From contig DATGVD010000232.1 of NCBI GenBank assembly GCA_035300785.1, forward strand, positions 1-30,256: a stretch of DNA of 30,256 nucleotides, in the 5' to 3' direction. The notes under the pieces were generated by a model, which ran no database searches, was not told where the DNA came from, and worked only from the letters and a program-made list of their open reading frames with translations. Position numbers and translations under genes: made by a program. Below are positions 17,248-24,456 of this stretch, in pieces (the first letter of the stretch is position 1; each line of letters starts with the position of its first letter). Source of the DNA: Pyrinomonadaceae bacterium. GTDB taxonomy: Bacteria; Acidobacteriota; Blastocatellia; Pyrinomonadales; Pyrinomonadaceae.

Positions 17248-17327
17248 GCAGTGGTTTGTTTGCCGGCGAGGTGTCCCATTGACGGCAAACTCGCGCGAGC
17301 GACACCCCTCGCGGTACAGGCCACTGC
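17248..17327. ncRNA. Candidate structured RNA / cis-regulatory element with pseudoknot-like complementarity
   Basis: Outer GCAGTGG/CCACTGC stem. Inside it, A=GTTTGCCG (17258-65) pairs with A'=CGGCAAAC (17283-90), and B=GCGAGGTGTC (17266-75) pairs with B'=GACACCCCTCGC (17301-12), in the order A-B-A'-B'. Confidence 0.35.
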
Positions 17328-17545
17328 TGGACCCCCGAGTTATTAGCTGACAACTTCAGATGATCTGGGTGATTCCAGAGGAGCTGAGAACGGAGTTAGC
17401 TGGACTCAATCTGGAAACAAAGTTATACTACGGCACGGTATATGTCAAGAATGCAATATATTCTGTGGACACACGATGGGCATCTGTGATAAATAGCACG
17501 CACGCTAAACGAAGACCGAGCCAGGCTAAAGAGGATCGAGTATTA

Positions 17546-17788
17546 ATGATCAAAATCCGAATCAATGAGCTGCTGAAAGAGCAGGAGCGGTCTTTCTATT
17601 GGCTGGCCAAAGAGACTGGCATCAGTCATACGACGCTGTGGCGCTTGAAAAAGGGTAAAGCCCAGGGAATGACTTTCGATACGCTGGAAAAGATTTCCAT
17701 GACGCTAAAGTGTCAACCCGGCGACGTCCTGAAGCTCGGGCGAAACAACCAGGCAAACAAAAACCACGCAAACAAGAAACGCAGGTAG
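17546..17788 (+). CDS. Cro/C1-type helix-turn-helix transcriptional regulator (YozG/HTH_26-like)
   Basis: MIKIRINELL…SFYWLAKETGISHTTLWRLKKG…FDTLEKI…CQPGDVL with an AGAGGA RBS. The ORF-track extension from 17360 is not homologous-looking. Confidence 0.88.
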   Translation: MIKIRINELLKEQERSFYWLAKETGISHTTLWRLKKGKAQGMTFDTLEKISMTLKCQPGDVLKLGRNNQANKNHANKKRR

Positions 17789-17850
17789 CATTTGCGACGA
17801 AGGATGTAAGCGAAGCGCCGTAGTTATTGCTGTGGTCTAAAGGAGTAGTG

Positions 17851-19335
17851 ATGAAGGTTCTGCTGATTAATCCGGAATTTCCCGATACGTATTGGAGTTT
17901 TCGCCACGCGCTGCCCTTCGAGGGCAAGCGGTGCGCGTTTCCACCGCTCGGCTTGTTGACCGTGTCGGCTTTGCTGCCAGATTCCTGGGAGCGGCGCCTG
18001 ATTGATCTCAACGTGCGGCGACTTAAGACTTCGGACATTGAGTGGGCCGACATGGTGTTCGCCACGGCGATGCTGGTGCAAAAGGATTCGCTGAAAGAAG
18101 TAGTTCAACGCGCCAAAGCAATGGGCAAGCGCGTCGTCATCGGCGGCCCGTACATTACGACCACGATTGAAGACTTGCCTGAGGCCGACCACATCTTCCT
18201 GGGCGAAGCGGAAACTACGCTGCCTCAGTTCGTTGAAGACCTGGCCCGCGGCGAGGCCAAGCGGACGTATCAGGCTGCGGAGCGGCCACCGCTCTCGGCG
18301 ACTCCGCTGGCCCACTTTCATCTGGCTGAACTCAAACGCTACAGCGCGATGTCGGTGCAGTACTCTCGCGGCTGCCCATTCTCGTGCGAGTTTTGCGACA
18401 TCATCGAAATCTACGGGCGCGTGCCGCGCACCAAGAGCAATCAGCAGATGATCGCCGAATTCGACGCGCTCAAGGCCCTGGGCTGGCGCGGTACGGTTTT
18501 TATCGTTGACGACAATTTCATCGGCAACAAAAAGAACGTGCGCCAACTGTTGCCGGAACTCGCCGCGTGGCAGGAACGCAATGGCTATCCTTTTTCGTTG
18601 CTGACTGAGTCAAGCGTGAATCTCGCGGACGACGTACCGCTCCTCGAGAGCATGCGGCACGCCGGCTTCCGGCGCGTCTTTCTGGGCATTGAAACTCCGG
18701 TCGAAGAGAGTCTCAAAGAAGCGCAGAAGTCGCAGAACCGCGGCAACCTGCTCGAATCGGTGGAAAAGATTCAAAGCTACGGGATGGAAGTAATGGCCGG
18801 CTTCATCGTCGGCTTTGATAACGATCCCGCAGATATTTTTGAGCGGCAGATCGATTTCATCCGCAAGAGCGCGATCCCCCTCGCGATGGTGGGGCTGCTG
18901 AATGCGCTGCCGGACACCCAACTGTGGAGGCGACTCGAGCGCGAAGGACGGCTTCTAGGCGAAGCTTCGGGAAACAATACCGTCTGCACCTTCAACTTCA
19001 AGACCGTAATGGATCCCGCCCTGCTGATTCAGGGCTACCAAACCATCATGCGCACCATCTACAGCCCCCGCGAGTACTATCAACGGGCGCTTGATTCAAT
19101 GAGGCGGACCGCGCAGGAAATTTCCGAGCCGCAGCACTACGACCTGATGAATGGCGTTGCGTCATTCATGCGCATCATGGTTAGGCTGGGAGTGCTTGAT
19201 AGTGAGCGCAAAGAGTTTTGGCGCTTCCTCGGCCAGGCCCTCGCAAAACATCGCGACAAGTTCGCTGAAACGCTGCGACTGGCCGCGATGGGCTATCACT
19301 TTCGTCGTTTGAATGAGGCGTATAGCGAGGGTTAA
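17851..19335 (+). CDS. B12-binding radical SAM protein (DUF4070 C-terminal family)
   Basis: AAGGAG RBS and ATG at 17851, a cobalamin-binding N-domain (FPPLGLLTV…GGPY), CxxxCxxC in [12 protein letters not shown], and VDDNF, GIET and GFIVGFDND motifs. Confidence 0.9.
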   Translation: MKVLLINPEFPDTYWSFRHALPFEGKRCAFPPLGLLTVSALLPDSWERRLIDLNVRRLKTSDIEWADMVFATAMLVQKDSLKEVVQRAKAMGKRVVIGGPYITTTIEDLPEADHIFLGEAETTLPQFVEDLARGEAKRTYQAAERPPLSATPLAHFHLAELKRYSAMSVQYSRGCPFSCEFCDIIEIYGRVPRTKSNQQMIAEFDALKALGWRGTVFIVDDNFIGNKKNVRQLLPELAAWQERNGYPFSLLTESSVNLADDVPLLESMRHAGFRRVFLGIETPVEESLKEAQKSQNRGNLLESVEKIQSYGMEVMAGFIVGFDNDPADIFERQIDFIRKSAIPLAMVGLLNALPDTQLWRRLEREGRLLGEASGNNTVCTFNFKTVMDPALLIQGYQTIMRTIYSPREYYQRALDSMRRTAQEISEPQHYDLMNGVASFMRIMVRLGVLDSERKEFWRFLGQALAKHRDKFAETLRLAAMGYHFRRLNEAYSEG

Positions 19336-19396
19336 GCGCGCGCACACAACTCCTCTGTGACTCGCTGATAACGGTAGTCTTTGGCCGGCGATTATC

Positions 19397-20734
19397 TCAA
19401 CGTGAGCCGCCCTTCGCCAGGACCTTCCCTGAAGTCGCGAGCCGTTCAAATCCTGGGTGGAGAAAGACAACACGTCCGGCAACGATAGTAGCTACCGCGG
19501 CGCCCGTCATTACCCGTCCATCAAACGGAGTATTGCGGCTCTTGGATTTTGAGCGCGACGCGTCGACCGTCCACTGAAACGAAGGGTCGAGAATCGTCAC
19601 ATCGGCGTAAGCATCTGCGCCCAGCGTTCCGCGATTCTCCAAGCCAAGGATCCGCGCGGGATTTGTAGCGAGAACTTCCACCAGTCGCTCAATATCGATC
19701 ACACCTTGATTTACCAAATCAAACGCTAAGCCAACTGCAGTTTCCAACCCGGTGATTCCAGACGGGGCTTGATCGTATTCCAGGGCCTTTTCATCCGCGT
19801 GATGCGGTGCGTGATCACTGGCAATCGCATCGATCGTGCCGTCACGCAAGCCCGCGAGGATGGCTTCGATATGATCCCAGCTGCGCAACGGCGGGCTCAT
19901 CTTCGTGTTCGTCTCATAGTCAGCCACGGCTGCATCCGTCAGGGTCCAATGATGCGGCGCGACTTCGCAGGTTACCCACAAGCCTTTTTCTTTCGCGCGG
20001 CGAACGGCTTCAATCGCTCCGCGCGTCGAGACGTGCGCGAGGTGCAGGCGCGCGCCTGTCACTTCTGCCAGCGCGCAATCGCGCAACGCGTCCACTTCTT
20101 CAGCAGCGGCCGGCATGCCGCGCAAACCAAGCACCAACGACCAATGACCCTCGTGCATGACGCCGCCGCGGGCCAGCGATTTGTCTTCACAGTGATCGAT
20201 CACGGGCAAGTCAAAACCGCGCGCGTATTCCATTGCGCGCCGCATCATTCCCGGCGACGGGACGGAACGGCCGTCGTCAGAAACCGCGACGATGCCGGCG
20301 TCTTTCATCTCGCCCATTTCGGCCAGTTCAGTCCCCGCGGAATTCTTCGTGAGGGCGCCAATCGGAAAGACATTCGCCAAACGTGCGTTCTCGGCCTGCT
20401 CGATGATGAACCGCGTCACCGCGGCACTATCGTTAACCGGATCGGTATTAGGCATCGCGCAGACGGTCGCAAAGCCGCCGGCAACTGCTGACGCCGCGCC
20501 GCTGGCAATCGTCTCCTTGTATTCGTGGCCTGGTTCGCGCAGATGCGTGTGCATGTCGATAAAGCCCGGCGCAACGATCAGCCCGACCGCGTCGATCACT
20601 TCGCAGCCTTCGGGTACGTCATCGCTGTGGCTCAACAGCCCCACCACGCGGCCATCTTCGATGAAGACACTCTTGCCGGTATTAATTCCCTGCGCAGGAT
20701 CTATGACGTAGCCGTTAGCAATTAGTAAGCGCAT
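19397..20734 (-). CDS. pyrC: Dihydroorotase (type I)
   Basis: PGFIDMHTHLREPG, GGFATVCAMPNT, SDDG, HCED, EVAPHH, KMSPPLR and ASDHAPH motifs, in pyr gene context. Confidence 0.95.
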   Translation of the reverse strand: MRLLIANGYVIDPAQGINTGKSVFIEDGRVVGLLSHSDDVPEGCEVIDAVGLIVAPGFIDMHTHLREPGHEYKETIASGAASAVAGGFATVCAMPNTDPVNDSAAVTRFIIEQAENARLANVFPIGALTKNSAGTELAEMGEMKDAGIVAVSDDGRSVPSPGMMRRAMEYARGFDLPVIDHCEDKSLARGGVMHEGHWSLVLGLRGMPAAAEEVDALRDCALAEVTGARLHLAHVSTRGAIEAVRRAKEKGLWVTCEVAPHHWTLTDAAVADYETNTKMSPPLRSWDHIEAILAGLRDGTIDAIASDHAPHHADEKALEYDQAPSGITGLETAVGLAFDLVNQGVIDIERLVEVLATNPARILGLENRGTLGADAYADVTILDPSFQWTVDASRSKSKSRNTPFDGRVMTGAAVATIVAGRVVFLHPGFERLATSGKVLAKGGSR

Positions 20735-20736
20735 TC

Positions 20737-21828
20737 TTAGTTTCGAGTTTCGGGTTTCGAGTTTCGCGTTCGTTTTGCAGCCGAGCCCTCCCTATCGACC
20801 ACCCCACGCGGGCTGCCCGCGTGGGGACCCCGGTTAGTCGGGCTACTGCCCCGCGTTGCGTTCTTGCCGTTCCTTTTAGTTCCGTTCTCACTCTTGCCCG
20901 CGCCGGCGAGCAGGTAAAGCACCGCCATGCGCACGGCGACGCCGTTAGTCACCTGCTCGAGAATCAGCGAACGTCCGCCGTCGGCGATCTCGGAAGAAAT
21001 CTCGATGCCGCGATTCATCGGGCCGGGATGCATCGCGATCGCATCGGGCGCGGCCAGGTTCAGATGACGCAATTGCAACCCGTAGTGCACGGCGTACTCG
21101 CGCATCGAGGGAACAAAAGCGTCCGTCTGGCGTTCGCGCTGAACGCGCAGAATCATCACCACGTCGGCGTCCACCAGCGCGTCTTCGATCCTTCGCTCGA
21201 CGCGCACGCCAGACTCGATCAACTCGGCAAACTCTGGCGGTACCAGCGTTCCCGGGCCGGCGACGCTGACGCTGGCGCCCAGCTTTGACAGCAGATAAAT
21301 GTTCGAGCGCGCCACGCGCGAGTGCAGCACGTCGCCGATGATTGCTACTTTCAATCCGGCTATCCGGCCCTTGTGTTCGCGAATCGTCAGCGCGTCGAGC
21401 AAGGCCTGGGTTGGATGTTCGTGCGAGCCGTCGCCGGCGTTAACAATCGCCGCATTGGACGCTCGCGCGAGATGCTGTGGCGCGCCGGCTGATGAATGGC
21501 GAATGACGATGCAGTCGGGCGCCATCGCTTCAAGGTTCCGCGCCGTATCCAACAGCGTCTCGCCCTTCGAGACGCTGGAAGTTGAAACGCTGATATTGAC
21601 TGCATCGGCCGACAAACGCTTGGCCGCAATCTCGAACGAAGTGCGCGTGCGCGTCGATGGTTCGAAGAAGAGATTGATGACGGTGCGCCCGCGCAGGGCC
21701 GGTACTTTCTTGATCTCGCGCTTCGAAACATCGCGGAACGTCTCAGCCGTGTCGAGCAAATACGTAATTTGAGCGACCGACAGCTCGCGGATTCCGAGCA
21801 GATGTTTCAAATTGAAGTTAGCGCTCAA
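20737..21828 (-). CDS. pyrB: Aspartate carbamoyltransferase catalytic subunit with a repeat-derived C-terminal extension
   Basis: [37 protein letters not shown] and MHPGPMNRG motifs. The start is estimated at TTG 21828 because the ORF-track start overlaps pyrR. Confidence 0.93.
   Translation of the reverse strand: MSANFNLKHLLGIRELSVAQITYLLDTAETFRDVSKREIKKVPALRGRTVINLFFEPSTRTRTSFEIAAKRLSADAVNISVSTSSVSKGETLLDTARNLEAMAPDCIVIRHSSAGAPQHLARASNAAIVNAGDGSHEHPTQALLDALTIREHKGRIAGLKVAIIGDVLHSRVARSNIYLLSKLGASVSVAGPGTLVPPEFAELIESGVRVERRIEDALVDADVVMILRVQRERQTDAFVPSMREYAVHYGLQLRHLNLAAPDAIAMHPGPMNRGIEISSEIADGGRSLILEQVTNGVAVRMAVLYLLAGAGKSENGTKRNGKNATRGSSPTNRGPHAGSPRGVVDREGSAAKRTRNSKPETRN
20740..20767. repeat. 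Heptamer tandem repeat (GTTTCGN) x4
   Basis: GTTTCGA GTTTCGG GTTTCGA GTTTCGC. It encodes the last PyrB residues (RNSKPETRN). Confidence 0.85.
20783..20854. repeat. Composite palindromic (REP-like) element inside the pyrB 3' end
   Basis: A perfect 11-bp hairpin CCCCACGCGGG-CTG-CCCGCGTGGGG (20802-20826), flanked by GAGCCCTCCCT and GTCGGGCTACTGCCCCGC. Confidence 0.75.
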
Positions 21829-21844
21829 AGTAGTTTCCGAACAC

Positions 21845-21870
21845 AAAAAAGCGGCCTTTCGGGCCGCTTT
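21845..21870 (-). terminator. Intrinsic terminator between pyrR and pyrB
   Basis: The minus strand reads AAAGCGGCC-CGAAA-GGCCGC-TTTTTT. The 5' arm overlaps the pyrR TAA (21869-21871). Confidence 0.75.
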
Positions 21871-22438
21871 AGCTTGCCGCTTCCGCTGTCGGCCGCTCCA
21901 CGATGACGACCCCTTCGTCCTCGTCAAACTCGGTCAGCATCACTTTTATGATCTCACTCTTTTTGGTCGGCACCAGCTTGCCGATGTAATCCGCTTGAAT
22001 CGGCAACTCGCGATGTTCGTTGCCGCGGTCGATCAGCACGGCCAGCTGCACACGTCTTGGTCTTCCGAAATCGATCAGTTGGTCGATCGCCGCGCGCACC
22101 GTGCGACCGGTGTAAAGCACGTCGTCGATTAAGACGATGTTGCGGCCTTCGATATCGCCGGGCAATTCAGTGCCGCTGACGACGGGCTTCGCTCCCACCG
22201 TCGATAAATCGTCGCGATATAAAGTTATGTCGAGAATGCCGACCGGCGGTCGCTTGCCTTCGAGATCAGCAACTTTGTCAGCGATCCGTTGGGCCAAAGG
22301 AACGCCGCGGCGGCGAATTCCTACCAGAATGAGGTCGTCAGAGCCGTGGTTTTCTTCGACAATCTCAGATGCCAGCCGCGCCAGCGCGCGATTGATGCGC
22401 GCGCCGTCCATGATCCGAGCCTTTTCAGTAAATTCCAC
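21869..22438 (-). CDS. pyrR: Bifunctional pyrimidine regulatory protein / UPRTase PyrR
   Basis: [51 protein letters not shown] and [10 protein letters not shown] motifs. GTG start at 22438 ([11 protein letters not shown]). Confidence 0.95.
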   Translation of the reverse strand: MEFTEKARIMDGARINRALARLASEIVEENHGSDDLILVGIRRRGVPLAQRIADKVADLEGKRPPVGILDITLYRDDLSTVGAKPVVSGTELPGDIEGRNIVLIDDVLYTGRTVRAAIDQLIDFGRPRRVQLAVLIDRGNEHRELPIQADYIGKLVPTKKSEIIKVMLTEFDEDEGVVIVERPTAEAAS

Positions 22439-22447
22439 CGGCGCGAA

Positions 22448-22476
22448 ATAGTAACAAGAACAGTGACAAGTGACAA
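22448..22476 (-). promoter_or_regulatory. Putative sigma70 promoter for pyrR
   Basis: Minus strand TTGTCA (22476-22471), a 17-nt spacer, then TACTAT (22453-22448). This predicts a TSS only a few nt upstream of the GTG. Confidence 0.5.
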
Positions 22477-22522
22477 GTGACAAGTTAAACTCTGATTCCG
22501 GCTCGTCACTCGTCACTTGTCA
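22463..22522. repeat. Inverted heptamer arrays (GTGACAA) x3 … (CGTCACT) x2 + TGTCA
   Basis: GTGACAAGTGACAAGTGACAAG at 22463-22484 and CGTCACTCGTCACTTGTCA at 22504-22522 are mutually complementary. Confidence 0.85.
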
Positions 22523-23623
22523 ATTTATTCTGCAATCGCGCGCCCGCTACTCTTTCGTCTGCCGCCAGAGACGGTGCACGAACTGGCGTTACATTCACTC
22601 ACTCTTGTTTTGGGCTCGCGGACGGCCAGAAAATTAGTTGCCGGGCGTACCACGCTCTCGCCCTTTGGTAAGCTCGAGCGTTTTGGTTTGACGTTCGCGA
22701 ATCCTCTGGGACTCGCGGCGGGTTTTGACAAGAATGGAACCGCCGCGCAGGCGCTGGCCGCCCTGGGCTTCGGCTTTATCGAAGTTGGTTCGGTCACGAG
22801 CGAGCCGCAGCCCGGTAATCCGAAGCCGCGATTGTTTCGTTTGCCGCGCGATCGCGCGTTGATCAATCGCGCCGGGTTCAATAATTGCGGGGCCAGGCAA
22901 TTAGCAGAAAATATCAAACGGCATCGCCCGGACTGCGTACTGGGTGTGAACATCGGCAAATCTCGACGCACCGCGATTGAAGATGCGATTCCTGATTACC
23001 TTGAAAGCTTTGCCGCGGTTTATGACGTGGCCGACTACCTGGCGGTCAATGTCAGCTCACCGAACACGCCCAACCTGCGCGACCTGCAACGGCCGGAAAT
23101 GCTGAGGAACCTGCTGGAGAGTTTGCAGCAGCGGAATGCAGAATTGGCCCGGCAAAACGCGTTTTCCAGACCAAAACCGCTCCTGTTGAAGATCGCGCCG
23201 GACCTGACTGAAGCCGAGATTGAATCGATCGTCGAGGTCGCAATGGGCGCCGTCATCTCCGGCATCATCGCCACGAACACGACCATCAGACGCGATGAGT
23301 TGCTGACGTCGAATGAATACGTTATTGCCTGCGGCGAAGGCGGATTGAGCGGCGCGCCGTTGCGGCAACGATCGAATCAGGTCGTCGCGCTGATTTATCG
23401 CCTGACGCGTGGCGCGCTGCCGATCATCGGCGTGGGCGGCGTATTTACGGCCGAAGATGCCTGGGAGAAAATTTGCGCGGGCGCAAGTTTGATTCAGCTT
23501 TATACTGGATTCATCTATGAAGGCCCGAATGTGGCGCGACGAATCAACCAGGGGCTCGGTGAGATTCTTAAGCGCGAGGGATTTCGTTCGCTTGACGACG
23601 CCGTCGGGTGTCGCGTGAAGTAA
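22517..23623 (+). CDS. pyrD: Dihydroorotate dehydrogenase (quinone), class 2
   Basis: [69 protein letters not shown] and QLYTG motifs. TTG start. Confidence 0.95.
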   Translation: MSIYSAIARPLLFRLPPETVHELALHSLTLVLGSRTARKLVAGRTTLSPFGKLERFGLTFANPLGLAAGFDKNGTAAQALAALGFGFIEVGSVTSEPQPGNPKPRLFRLPRDRALINRAGFNNCGARQLAENIKRHRPDCVLGVNIGKSRRTAIEDAIPDYLESFAAVYDVADYLAVNVSSPNTPNLRDLQRPEMLRNLLESLQQRNAELARQNAFSRPKPLLLKIAPDLTEAEIESIVEVAMGAVISGIIATNTTIRRDELLTSNEYVIACGEGGLSGAPLRQRSNQVVALIYRLTRGALPIIGVGGVFTAEDAWEKICAGASLIQLYTGFIYEGPNVARRINQGLGEILKREGFRSLDDAVGCRVK

Positions 23624-23625
23624 CT

Positions 23626-24399
23626 TTGAAGACGGCAAAAGACAAACTAATTGTTGCGCTCGATGTAGAGACGGCCTCGCGCGCCCGCGAACTCTTCGCG
23701 GCGTTACGCGGAGTAGTAGGTATGTTCAAGATCGGGATGCAGCTCTTCACCGCTGTTGGTCCGTCAATCGTTCGCGAGATCATTAATGCAGGCGGACGTG
23801 TCTTTCTCGATCTCAAGTATCACGATATTCCCAATACGGTCGCAGCCGCGGGCGTGGAAGCCGCGCGCCACGGCATATCGATCTTTAATGTCCACACTTT
23901 CGGCGGAACGGAAATGATGCGGCGCACCGCTGATGCAGTCGGTGAAGTTGCTGAACGTGAGGGTCTGGTGCGTCCCAAAATCATTGGCGTCACGCTTTTG
24001 ACCAGCGTTAACGACAGAATATTGACCGAAATCAGGGTCGTAAACAGTCCGGAGCGCCAGGTGACCGCGCTCGCCCAATTAGCCGCCGCGAGCGGTCTGG
24101 ACGGAGTGGTAGCCTCGCCCCTCGAGGTAGTCCCGGTCCGAGCGGCCGTTGCGAAAAAAGATTTTCTGGTTGTCACACCGGGTGTTAGACCCGCAGGCGC
24201 AGCTCCGCACGATCAAAGACGCCTGACGACCCCGGCTGAAGCGATTCGCGCGGGCTCAGATTATCTGGTGATCGGGCGGCCAATAATCGATGCCGACGAT
24301 CCGGTCGCCGCCGCAAACTCGATCGTCGCAGAAATTGAAGACGGGTTACGAGCTGATCAAGGCATCGCTCCCCGATCCGCGGAACAAACCAGCGGCTGA
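23626..24399 (+). CDS. pyrF: Orotidine-5'-phosphate decarboxylase
   Basis: KLIVALD, FKIG, FLDLKYHDIPNTV, GLDGVVASP, VTPGVRP and YLVIGRPI motifs. The likely start is TTG 23626, just after the pyrD stop. Confidence 0.95.
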   Translation: MKTAKDKLIVALDVETASRARELFAALRGVVGMFKIGMQLFTAVGPSIVREIINAGGRVFLDLKYHDIPNTVAAAGVEAARHGISIFNVHTFGGTEMMRRTADAVGEVAEREGLVRPKIIGVTLLTSVNDRILTEIRVVNSPERQVTALAQLAAASGLDGVVASPLEVVPVRAAVAKKDFLVVTPGVRPAGAAPHDQRRLTTPAEAIRAGSDYLVIGRPIIDADDPVAAANSIVAEIEDGLRADQGIAPRSAEQTSG

Positions 24400-24456
24400 A
24401 GCGTTCAGTTGGATTGAGTCGTTGCGCCGCGCGCGGCTTGCCATTATCATTCGAAG

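Noticed and set aside
17360-17545. N-terminal extension of the HTH ORF
   Set aside because: This is AT-rich promoter-like sequence. The HTH domain and RBS point to ATG 17546.
17851-19335. Naming the radical SAM gene hpnP
   Set aside because: Only family-level similarity is visible, there are no hopanoid genes nearby, and a phylogeny is needed.
19769-20711. Long plus-strand ORFs (240 aa, 139 aa and others) opposite pyrC, and similar ones opposite pyrB and the beta-helix genes
   Set aside because: They are antisense shadows typical of GC-rich coding DNA.
21829-21927. ORF-track N-terminal extension of PyrB
   Set aside because: It overlaps the pyrR 3' end and runs through the terminator hairpin.
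22439-22516. ORF-track N-terminal extension of PyrR (MTSDEPES…[10 protein letters not shown])
   Set aside because: It is a translation of the heptamer array, and homology starts at GTG 22438.
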